The translations under genes were made by a program, and so were the position numbers. Below the pieces are notes generated by a model. The model did not search any database. It worked only from the letters and a program-made list of their open reading frames with translations, and was not told the DNA's origin. From an uncultured Clostridia bacterium (lineage in GTDB: Bacteria; Bacillota; Clostridia; Christensenellales; UBA1242): DNA of 64,000 nucleotides. Of the stretch, positions 10,376 through 18,613 are shown one piece after another. How positions within the stretch are numbered: the first letter of the stretch is position 1; each line of letters begins with the position of its first letter. The DNA is taken from contig CAKVHW010000001.1 of assembly GCA_934754495.1 (NCBI GenBank), forward strand, positions 2,011 through 66,010. Direction: 5' to 3'.

Positions 10376-12175
10376 TTAATTTTTATCAAAAAATTCTTTT
10401 ATATTTTCCGCCTGACGTTTTGTAATACCATTAACTGCTACAAGTTCTGTAAAACTAGCCTTAGCAATATTGTCATAACTTTTAAAGTATTCAAAAAGTG
10501 TCCTAACAGTGGCTTCACCCACCCCTGGAATTGCCAACAATCTAGATTTTAACGTGCTTTTATCACGTCTGTTTCTATGGAATGTTATTGCAAATCTATG
10601 GCTCTCGTCACGCACATTTTGTAGCAGTTTTAATGCATAGTTGTTTCGTGATAAAATGTACGGCTCACTTTCATTAGGCTTAAACACTTCTTCTTCTCTT
10701 TTAGCAAGAGAAACCATATCAACATCAAAACCCATGCTGGTAATTACCCCATAGGCATAAGAAAGTTGCCCTTTTCCACCGTCAATCAAAATAAGGTCTG
10801 GCTTGCTAGAAAAACTTATGTCGCCACTGTTTTCGTATTCATTAACACGTCTTGTCAAAACTTCTTTCATGCACTCAAAGTCATTAGGCTGGTCTATATC
10901 AATTTTAAATTTTCTATAATGACTTTTTAGCGACTCTCCATTAACAAACACAACCATACTTGCCACAGTGTTTGTTCCGCTAATGTGCGAAATATCGTAG
11001 CCTTCAATTCTATATGGCAAATGACGTAAATTAAGTGTAGACTTTAATGTTTGCATTGCACCCATTGTTTTTAGTTCGTGCAATTTATCACTTGAAATAC
11101 TTTTTTCCAAATCTTGTTTTGCATTAAGGTTTGCCAAGTCTAAAAGTTTTTTAAATTTGCCTTTTTGTGCAAACACAAACTCAACTTTTTGCCCTTTACT
11201 ATCGTTAAGCCAATTCGTAAGTGCTTCACTTTCAAAAAATGTAACAACGGTTTTTGGAATAATGTTGCTTGCATAATATTGTGGCACAAAACTTTCAACT
11301 GATGCAACTCCATCGTCAATTCCAATAACATTGTAGTTGTTAAGCCCAACCATTTTACCAGCACGTACAACAAGCACAGTTATTACAGCCGAACTGCCAT
11401 TGCTAGCAAATCCAAACACGTCTACATCAACTAGAGTGCTAAGGTTTGCAACTTGATGAGCATTAATGTTTTCAATTAGTTTTAATGACTGTTTGTATTT
11501 TATGGCTCTTTCAAATTGTTCGTATTCAGCACATTTTAACATTCTTTCGGTAAGAATTTTTTTAGCTTCACTTAAGTCGCCTTTTAGAAAATTAACAACC
11601 TTTCTTACTTCCGCCATGTACTCTTCCGTCGTGGTTTTCCCTGTGCAAGGTGCAAGACACGTGCCCATTTCATAGTTTAAACATTCACGTTTTGCATTTA
11701 ATGTATTGCAATCTCGTAGTTTAAAAGTGCTATTTATAATGTCGTACAAATCACTTGCTTTAATGTTGTTAAAGAATGGCCCAAAGTACAGTGCCTTATC
11801 TTTTCTAACCCTTCTTGTAATTTCTATTTTAGGATATTTTGTATTAAGGTTTATTTTAATATATGGAAATGCTTTTCCGTCTTTTAGTAAAATGTTATAA
11901 AACGGCTGATGCTCGTGAATAAGGTTGCTTTCTAGATTTAGTGCTTCAAATTCACTTGTAACTATAATGTAGTCAAAGTCGTAAATATTTTTCACCATCT
12001 GCATAACCTTTTCTGGTTTTGCGGTGTTTACAAAATAACTACTAACCCTATTTTTAAGGTTTTTAGCCTTGCCAATATATATAATGTTGCCTTGGGCATC
12101 AAACATTTTGTAAACCCCTGGATTGGACGGCAACTTTTTAACTTTGTCTTTTAAATAATCAATACGTGTATTCAT
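10376..12175 (-). CDS. uvrC: excinuclease ABC subunit C
   Basis: 599 aa. GIY-YIG N-terminus (PGVYKMFDAQGNIIYIGKAKNLKNRVSSYF), an endonuclease domain and a C-terminal HhH (IPGVGEATVRTL). Confidence 0.95.
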   Translation of the reverse strand: MNTRIDYLKDKVKKLPSNPGVYKMFDAQGNIIYIGKAKNLKNRVSSYFVNTAKPEKVMQMVKNIYDFDYIIVTSEFEALNLESNLIHEHQPFYNILLKDGKAFPYIKINLNTKYPKIEITRRVRKDKALYFGPFFNNIKASDLYDIINSTFKLRDCNTLNAKRECLNYEMGTCLAPCTGKTTTEEYMAEVRKVVNFLKGDLSEAKKILTERMLKCAEYEQFERAIKYKQSLKLIENINAHQVANLSTLVDVDVFGFASNGSSAVITVLVVRAGKMVGLNNYNVIGIDDGVASVESFVPQYYASNIIPKTVVTFFESEALTNWLNDSKGQKVEFVFAQKGKFKKLLDLANLNAKQDLEKSISSDKLHELKTMGAMQTLKSTLNLRHLPYRIEGYDISHISGTNTVASMVVFVNGESLKSHYRKFKIDIDQPNDFECMKEVLTRRVNEYENSGDISFSSKPDLILIDGGKGQLSYAYGVITSMGFDVDMVSLAKREEEVFKPNESEPYILSRNNYALKLLQNVRDESHRFAITFHRNRRDKSTLKSRLLAIPGVGEATVRTLFEYFKSYDNIAKASFTELVAVNGITKRQAENIKEFFDKN

Positions 12176-12286
12176 ATTTCAATTATAATGCAATTTGCTT
12201 AAAATTAAAAGGACTTTAACCAATTTGCCTATTGAAAACAAAAAAAATATATGCTATACTTTTAAGTATAAAAAGAGGAAAATTAG

Positions 12287-13546
12287 ATGGAAGAAAATAA
12301 AGTCTTAGACTTTGTGCTATACAAAGCAAAAAACAATGCTGAACTATTTTTAGACGACTTATATGAAAACGATTACAAACGTATTAATGCAATTATGAAC
12401 CCAGACAATATAAATTCGCTAACACTGTATATGTTGTTATTAAGCAAAAAACTTGATGCATATTCAGCACTAACACGCTCTAATGAGAGATTAAACATAC
12501 TCGCCGCCAAAGGAAAAAAGCACAAGGCTCCAATAGAATTCAACAAAGAAGACCAACATGAATCCATTAAAGAGTTTTTAAATTTGGCTAAACATGTGGA
12601 CGGTTACATCAACGATTGCACAAATATTATGTGCGACCTTCATGACAAAATTAAGTCGTCATTCACACTACTAACTGGCAAAGGTCTAAACAGTGCTTTT
12701 ACTATTCCAGAAATAAATAGCCGTGCTGAAAGATTGTATTTAGAAATGAAAAAGTCTAAAAACTTTGACAAACTTTTCAACTACGTAATTACATCTATGG
12801 TTGACCTTGCACTTGATGCCGATTCAACTCCTGCTGATACTTTCGAACAAGTTGCCAACAAAAATATTGGAATTTTAAGAAGTTATCTTAACGACAAACA
12901 CATTTCACTTTACGAAACTTATGTATTGTACGACAAAATCTTATTAAGATCTATTGGCAATATTGCAAGAATGGGCAGATATATGGCAGAAGTGTGCCAA
13001 GACAACATTGATATCCCTGCAAACGAACACTGCATGTACTTAGTTGAAAGCAAAAATCTTGACCAACTATTTAAAGAGTTTGACGAAAACGACAAAAAGG
13101 TTTTCCCAGACCTTGGTGCTCACGATGGCAGAAAATTCACCAACAGATTGATTGGAATTAAAAACCGCATGACTTATTTAGGTGGCAAGGATACCCTTAT
13201 TGATTCAAGCGAAATTGAAAATGAAATGTTGTTCAACATTATTACTGAAGCACCACACCAACTTGAAACATTTGTTAAGTTTTTAATTGACGAAAAAATA
13301 AAATTACCACTTGCTGGCGACCGAATGAACTTTTACCTTGCCGACCTTGCTAGCAAATTCGACAATCGTACTATTTCTCGTGCATTTATTGAAGAACACG
13401 GAACAGGGCTTCCTGACATTGATAAATTTAGAAGCAAAAATGGTATAACAAGTGAAATGATTTCATTCGTTAAGGCTAAAAAACCTAGAAAGCAAGATAA
13501 AGCACAAGACAATGTTAAAGTTATGACAAAAGCACCACGTGATTAA
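12287..13546 (+). CDS. hypothetical protein (predicted all-helical, no recognised domain)
   Basis: 419-aa ORF with RBS AGAGGAAA upstream of the ATG and its own terminator at 13554-13589. Divergent from uvrC. Confidence 0.6.
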   Translation: MEENKVLDFVLYKAKNNAELFLDDLYENDYKRINAIMNPDNINSLTLYMLLLSKKLDAYSALTRSNERLNILAAKGKKHKAPIEFNKEDQHESIKEFLNLAKHVDGYINDCTNIMCDLHDKIKSSFTLLTGKGLNSAFTIPEINSRAERLYLEMKKSKNFDKLFNYVITSMVDLALDADSTPADTFEQVANKNIGILRSYLNDKHISLYETYVLYDKILLRSIGNIARMGRYMAEVCQDNIDIPANEHCMYLVESKNLDQLFKEFDENDKKVFPDLGAHDGRKFTNRLIGIKNRMTYLGGKDTLIDSSEIENEMLFNIITEAPHQLETFVKFLIDEKIKLPLAGDRMNFYLADLASKFDNRTISRAFIEEHGTGLPDIDKFRSKNGITSEMISFVKAKKPRKQDKAQDNVKVMTKAPRD

Positions 13547-13553
13547 TGACAAT

Positions 13554-13589
13554 AAAAACACACAAGTTAAAAATGCTTGTGTGTTTTTT
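13554..13589 (+). terminator. intrinsic terminator
   Basis: ACACACAAG-loop-CTTGTGTGT (13558-13584) followed by a T-run. Confidence 0.75.
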
Positions 13590-13659
13590 CATTCACTAAA
13601 AATACAAATAAATCATATTTATTAATAATTAAAAAAATTTGTAAATTTAGGGGGAGAAT

Positions 13660-13857
13660 ATGTCATTTACAAACGATGTTTTGCTTGTGCTACTACTCTC
13701 GGTTTTAACTAGCACCGATGGCGACCTTGCCAACAACCAAAACTTTTTATTATTATTACTGCTTGTGCTTTCGCTTGACTCCACTGTTAATGGAAACAAC
13801 AATAGTTCCTGCTGTTGTGGGTCAATTAGCAATTGCCGATGCCGTGGACTTATTTAG
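13660..13857 (+). CDS. small Leu-rich peptide with Cys-rich C-terminus (65 aa)
   Basis: MSFTNDVLLVLLLSVLTSTDGDLANNQNFLLLLLLVLSLDSTVNGNNNSSCCCGSISNCRCRGLI. GGGGGAG lies just upstream of the ATG (short spacing). Bracketed by terminators on both sides. Contains an internal duplicated module (cttgtgct... occurs twice). Confidence 0.5.
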   Translation: MSFTNDVLLVLLLSVLTSTDGDLANNQNFLLLLLLVLSLDSTVNGNNNSSCCCGSISNCRCRGLI

Positions 13858-13862
13858 TTAAC

Positions 13863-13892
13863 AAAAAAAACACCCCGTTATGGGGTGTTTTT
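13863..13892. terminator. bidirectional intrinsic terminator shared by the peptide gene and prfA
   Basis: A8-ACACCCC-gttat-GGGGTGT-T5. The T-run overlaps the prfA stop codon. Confidence 0.75.
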
Positions 13893-14967
13893 AGTCTTGT
13901 TTGTTTTCTTCTAAAAGTTCTTTTTGATGAGCAATTGTAAGATTATCAATTAAATCGTCTAGATCACCATTTAAAAAGCCTTCTAGGTTGTAAACGGTAT
14001 AATTTATACGGTGGTCAGTAAGACGGCTTTGTGGGTAGTTGTACGTTCTGATACGCTCACTACGGTCACCAGTTCCTACTTGGTTACGTCGATTTTTAGC
14101 ATACTCTTCGTCTGCTTGCATTTTAAAGTGGTCATATAATTTACTTTTTAAAATAACCATCGCTTTTTCTTTGTTTTTAAGTTGGCTACGTTCGTCTTGG
14201 CAAGCAACAACAATCCCTGTAGGCAAGTGAGTAATACGCACTGCGCTATCGGTTGTGTTTACGTGTTGACCACCTGCTCCGCCACTACGGTAAACATCTA
14301 TTTTAAGGTCTTTTTCATTTATATCAATATCTACGTCAACTTGTTCTGGTAGCACTGCAACTGTGGCTGTACTAGTGTGAATACGTCCGCTAGCTTCTGT
14401 TTCTGGCACACGTTGAACACGATGAACACCACTTTCGTATTTTAATCTTGAATATACACCTTTGCCCTTAATTAAGAAAGAACATTCCTTAATTCCGCCT
14501 AGTTCTGTTTCGTTAAGTTCTAGCACTTCAACTTTCCAACGATTACGGTCGGCATACATATTATACATTCTAAATAGCACCGCACCAAACAAGCACGATT
14601 CTTCACCACCTGCTCCGCCACGAATTTCCATGATAACGTTTTTCTCATCGTTTTCGTCTTTTGGCAAAAGCATAACTTTAAGCTCTTCTTCACTATCGGC
14701 AAGTTTTTTAGTATTTTCTTGAATGTCAAGTTCGGCAAGTTCTTTTAGTTCTGGGTCGCTTTCGGTAGCCAAAATATGTTTTGCTTCGTCCAAATTTTTC
14801 TTAACTGCAAGGTATTTATCATAGGCTTCAACAACAGGTTGAAGGTTGCTATACTCCTTAGTAAGGTCACGATAAAGCTTATTATCAGCAATTACTTCTG
14901 GGTCCATAATTCGTGCCGAAACTTCTAGGTATTTTTGTTTTATAACATCTAATTTATCTACTAACAT
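13891..14967 (-). CDS. prfA: peptide chain release factor 1
   Basis: 358 aa with RVQRVPETE (PxT-type tripeptide), SGGAGGQHVN (GGQ) and an RF-1 type N-terminus. Confidence 0.95.
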   Translation of the reverse strand: MLVDKLDVIKQKYLEVSARIMDPEVIADNKLYRDLTKEYSNLQPVVEAYDKYLAVKKNLDEAKHILATESDPELKELAELDIQENTKKLADSEEELKVMLLPKDENDEKNVIMEIRGGAGGEESCLFGAVLFRMYNMYADRNRWKVEVLELNETELGGIKECSFLIKGKGVYSRLKYESGVHRVQRVPETEASGRIHTSTATVAVLPEQVDVDIDINEKDLKIDVYRSGGAGGQHVNTTDSAVRITHLPTGIVVACQDERSQLKNKEKAMVILKSKLYDHFKMQADEEYAKNRRNQVGTGDRSERIRTYNYPQSRLTDHRINYTVYNLEGFLNGDLDDLIDNLTIAHQKELLEENKQD

Positions 14968-15779
14968 TTTTCCGCCCTTATAAATCTATTAATTCCACTT
15001 AAGTCTTTAATGATTGTAATATTTTTAAAGTTTTTTTCCAACAATTTTGATATATAATTTTCTTGATTTAATCCAATTTCAAGATACAATATTCCATTTT
15101 CATTTAAATAGTTTGCACAATTTGTAGCAATAATCTTGTAAAAATCGTAGCCATCAACCCCACCATCTAGTGCAAGGCGTGGGTCATATTTTTTTACTTC
15201 CACTTGAAGCGAGTTAATATCACCACTTGCAATGTAAGGGGGATTACTCACAATTAAATCAAATTTTTGTGACACATTGTCAAACATGTTACTCTTTACA
15301 AGATTAACTTTAGCACCATTTAGTTTTGCATTTTTTTTAGCACATTTTAGTGCCTTGCTACTAACATCTAATAGTACAACATCGCTAAAGCCATTTTTAT
15401 TAAGTGCAATTCCAATACAACCAGAACCACAACACAAGTCAAGCACACTTAAATTTTTGTTTTCATGATTAATAATATAATCCGCTAAAAATTCAGTTTC
15501 TGGACGTGGAGTAAGAGTGTCTTTGTTTTCCAAAATAACAACATTTAAAAAGTCGCTTTGTCCTATTACAAGTTGTAGTGGCACACCATTAATTCGTTTA
15601 TTAACCGCTCTACTTAGTGTGCGATATTGCGTAGGTGTAATTTCCACGTTGGCAATAATATCGCTTTGGCTTAGCCCCAACATTTCAGTACACAAAAAAA
15701 TACACTCATGGGCATAGTTGTCACTATGAGTGGATAATTTTTTGTTTAAATTTTTTAAAACGTCTTGAATTTTGTACAT
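14961..15779 (-). CDS. prmC: release-factor glutamine N5-methyltransferase
   Basis: 272 aa with the SAM motif VLDLCCGSGCIG and the catalytic NPPY. Overlaps the prfA start by 7 nt. Confidence 0.9.
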   Translation of the reverse strand: MYKIQDVLKNLNKKLSTHSDNYAHECIFLCTEMLGLSQSDIIANVEITPTQYRTLSRAVNKRINGVPLQLVIGQSDFLNVVILENKDTLTPRPETEFLADYIINHENKNLSVLDLCCGSGCIGIALNKNGFSDVVLLDVSSKALKCAKKNAKLNGAKVNLVKSNMFDNVSQKFDLIVSNPPYIASGDINSLQVEVKKYDPRLALDGGVDGYDFYKIIATNCANYLNENGILYLEIGLNQENYISKLLEKNFKNITIIKDLSGINRFIRAEKC

Positions 15780-15818
15780 GGTCGTTTAATAAAAAATGGA
15801 CAAAAGATTGCCCATTAA

Positions 15819-16025
15819 TTAGTCTAAATTATATTTCTTTTTAAATTTCTCAACACGACCAGCAGTATCAACCAATTTCTTTTTACCACTGTAAAAAGGG
15901 TGACATTTGTCACAAACTTCAACTCTAATTGTGTCGCCAGCAATTGTAGATTTAGTTTTGAATTTATTACCGCAACCACAAATAACTTCTACTTCGTGAT
16001 AGTCAGGATGGATATTTTGTTTCAT
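15819..16025 (-). CDS. rpmE: 50S ribosomal protein L31 (Cys-containing, Zn-ribbon form)
   Basis: [22 protein letters not shown]...[22 protein letters not shown] precedes the fourth codon (Met) of ORF 15819..16034. Confidence 0.9.
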   Translation of the reverse strand: MKQNIHPDYHEVEVICGCGNKFKTKSTIAGDTIRVEVCDKCHPFYSGKKKLVDTAGRVEKFKKKYNLD

Positions 16026-16181
16026 ACCGTTCACCTCATAAATAATTTTGCTTAACTATTGTATAACAAAATCACTTACTAGTCAACACTTTTTGAAAAA
16101 TTAAACGCATAATTATATGTATTTTTATTCTATTTACTCTGCCAATTGTTTCTAAATCACGGTATAAAATCACTTTAAGTG

Positions 16182-17534
16182 CTAAATTCGCTTTAATGCC
16201 TTAATAATTTTATCATAAATATCCCCTGCACCAAGCACCAAAACAATGTCATATTTTTGTGCATCTTTTATTTCACAAGTAAGTTGTTTTATGGTGTCGC
16301 AATACACCTTATTTTTATGTGGTATTTCATTAAATAGTTCTCTTGCACTGCCACCTATCATATAACTTTCCCTGGCAGGATACGTCTTAAAAATCACAAG
16401 TTTTTCTACTTTGCCAAAGCACTTTTTAAACTCTTCTTTTAGCCCTATTGTTCTACTAAATGTATGTGGCTGAAATACACATAAAATTCGCTTATGGGTA
16501 TCACGAATACATGCTATACTGCTTGCTATTTCTGTAGGGTGATGAGCATAATCACACACCACAGTGGTGTTGTTAATTTTCCCCACTTTTTCTAGTCTTC
16601 GCTTTACACCCTTAAACTCTCGAAGCGCAAAGTATATTGTGCCAATATCAACCCCCATTACTAGCCCCACTGCGATTGCACAAAGTGCATTTTTTGCATT
16701 ATGAAACCCCATTTGAGCGGTTGTAAATTTGCCCACATAACCATTATAATACACCAAAAAAGTGTAAGTGCCATCACAATTTAATGTCACATTTTTCCCC
16801 ACGACATCATAGTCACCATCAAAACCGACCGTAACCACACCCACTTTAGCGGTTATTTTTTTAGCAAAGTCATTGTTTTCAAATACAACCACAGTGTTTC
16901 TCACACTGTTTGCAAAGTTTAAAAATGCTTGTTCAAGTTGTGCATAACCCTTATAAAAATCGGTATGATCAAGTTCTATATTTGTAATAACACCAATGCT
17001 AGGTTTTAAAAATCTTATACTATTTCTATACTCACAACCTTCACTCACAAAAAATTGTTTGCCACCAAGTTTTGCATTTCCAAATGCCACACTTTCCCCG
17101 CCAACATGTATTGTAGGGTTAAGCCCGGCCCGCATTAGTACATCGCCAATTAAAGCCGTGGTAGTAGTCTTTCCATGCGTTCCACTCACAACAATGCTTG
17201 TTTCAAACATGGTTTCTATTATACCCAAAAACTCCGACCTTTCCATAACATTTAGTCCCATTATTCTAGCGGTTTTTAGTTCTACATTATCTTCGTGTAT
17301 TGCCCCACTAAAAACCACATAATTAAGGCTTGAACTTATATTGTTGACACTATGCCCATGAAAAACGCAAGCACCCATTTTACTTAGTTTTTTTGTTTCC
17401 TCGTTAATCTGTTCGTCCGAGCCACTCACCCCTGCCCCAAAGAGCAAACAAAACTGCGCCAAAGCACTCATACTTATTCCGCCAATGCCTATAAAAAAGA
17501 CATTTAAACCGTTAAAATTGTTTATTTTTTCCAT
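16182..17534 (-). CDS. murC: UDP-N-acetylmuramate--L-alanine ligase
   Basis: 450 aa. N-terminal Rossmann GIGGISMSALA, Mur ligase P-loop GTHGKTTTT and the C-terminal domain. Confidence 0.9.
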   Translation of the reverse strand: MEKINNFNGLNVFFIGIGGISMSALAQFCLLFGAGVSGSDEQINEETKKLSKMGACVFHGHSVNNISSSLNYVVFSGAIHEDNVELKTARIMGLNVMERSEFLGIIETMFETSIVVSGTHGKTTTTALIGDVLMRAGLNPTIHVGGESVAFGNAKLGGKQFFVSEGCEYRNSIRFLKPSIGVITNIELDHTDFYKGYAQLEQAFLNFANSVRNTVVVFENNDFAKKITAKVGVVTVGFDGDYDVVGKNVTLNCDGTYTFLVYYNGYVGKFTTAQMGFHNAKNALCAIAVGLVMGVDIGTIYFALREFKGVKRRLEKVGKINNTTVVCDYAHHPTEIASSIACIRDTHKRILCVFQPHTFSRTIGLKEEFKKCFGKVEKLVIFKTYPARESYMIGGSARELFNEIPHKNKVYCDTIKQLTCEIKDAQKYDIVLVLGAGDIYDKIIKALKRI

Positions 17535-17638
17535 AAAAATATATATGAAACAATATCAAAAAAGTTGTAACACATTATTTTTTTATGTTATACTTATTGC
17601 AAGTAAAAGAAATTTGCTTATATAAAGGAAGGTACAAA

Positions 17639-17911
17639 ATGAAAATTTCAGACGTACGCATTAGATTAATGCAAAATGACGACACTAAATTAAAGGCAGT
17701 AGCATCTATTACAATTGATGATTGTTTTGTAGTTCACGACATTAAAGTGCTAGAAGGCAATCAAGGTTTCTTTGTAAGTATGCCTAGCAGAAAAACTCCT
17801 GATGGACAATACAAAGATGTTGCTCACCCAATCAATACTGATACAAGAGAACAACTAAACAAAGTTGTTTTGGAAGCCTTTGAAGCAGAAAAAGCAAAAC
17901 CTAGAGATTAG
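17639..17911 (+). CDS. spoVG: septation/sporulation regulator SpoVG
   Basis: MKISDVRIRLMQNDDTKLKAVASITIDDCFVVHDIKVLEGNQGFFVSMPSRK... is classic SpoVG. RBS AAAGGAAGG lies upstream of ATG 17639. Confidence 0.9.
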   Translation: MKISDVRIRLMQNDDTKLKAVASITIDDCFVVHDIKVLEGNQGFFVSMPSRKTPDGQYKDVAHPINTDTREQLNKVVLEAFEAEKAKPRD

Positions 17912-17946
17912 TAAATAAAAAAAGTCCCCACTATTGTGGGGCTTTT

Positions 17947-18417
17947 TTATTCAACTTTTTTAATATCATTAACATTAACACACATATCAGCGATATCCTT
18001 TCCTGTGGTTGTATCTGTAAAAATAATATACCATTCGTCTTTTATGGCATGCTCACTCATTATTGTGCCAATTGAACCTTTTTTAACTCCCTTATTTAAG
18101 TATTTGGGCTTATCATTTATTAGTTCTACCATATCATATTCTTGAAAAGTATTTTCTTTAAACGAACCACGGTTAAGGTTTTTATTTTTCATCAATTCTG
18201 TTATTTCACTTTGTAAGTTGTCACCTATCACTCCTACTGCTTTTAGACTTTCATAGCCAACTTTTTTAATTGCATAGTCACCATAATTTTGCAAGTTTAA
18301 AAACATAACTTCCGCACTACCACTATCACAGTTTAAAACAATACCTACAGTGCCAACTTTAATATCGCACAGAATATTTTTATCTATTAATTTCACTACA
18401 TCGTATTTTTTCATCAT
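17947..18417 (-). CDS. hypothetical protein with two tandem small beta-barrel modules (DUF4926-like)
   Basis: 156 aa. Repeat 1 is YDVVKLIDK...VGTVGIVL...AEVMF. Repeat 2 is YDMVELINDKP...KGSIGTIM...YIIFTD. GGAGA RBS present. Family call is tentative. Confidence 0.55.
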   Translation of the reverse strand: MMKKYDVVKLIDKNILCDIKVGTVGIVLNCDSGSAEVMFLNLQNYGDYAIKKVGYESLKAVGVIGDNLQSEITELMKNKNLNRGSFKENTFQEYDMVELINDKPKYLNKGVKKGSIGTIMSEHAIKDEWYIIFTDTTTGKDIADMCVNVNDIKKVE

Positions 18418-18613
18418 CTATCTCCATATGGTGTATTACAAGTTATATAGCCCTCGGGATTAACTTTCCAGCCACTAATTACACTAATTTCATCTTTATT
18501 TTTATTTTTTAATGATATAACAATATTAATGTTTTGTCCATATTTATCTAATGAATTTAATTTACTGCCAACAAAAAAACAAGGGTTATTGGTTGCCCTT
18601 GTTTTTTTTCATA

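Noticed and set aside
13647-13832. 61-aa minus-strand ORF overlapping the Cys-tailed peptide gene.
   Set aside because: It has a TTG start without an SD and would be transcribed into the plus-strand terminator. The plus-strand frame has an SD and a matching terminator. The choice is not certain, and Ribo-seq would decide.
13660-13857. The Cys-rich peptide could be a SCIFF/ranthipeptide or lanthipeptide precursor.
   Set aside because: No radical-SAM maturase, LanB/C/M, or transporter/protease gene lies within the flanking operons. The leader and core do not resemble SCIFF. It is retained only as an unexplained small gene.
18418-18606. A 63-codon stop-free minus-strand frame (..LDKYGQNINIVISLKNKNKDEISVISGWKVNPEGYITCNTPYGDR) ends in an ATGA overlap with the 17947 gene. 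It might be a toxin or pseudogene relic. An ATG lies one base out of frame across an A8 tract.
   Set aside because: There is no in-frame ATG, GTG or TTG. The 5' part runs straight through the terminator hairpin of the GLUG gene, and the A8 is that terminator's A-tract. The region must also hold the promoter and the GGAGA SD of the downstream gene. I could not recognise any toxin family. It could be rechecked by tblastn and by read-level inspection of the A8 tract.
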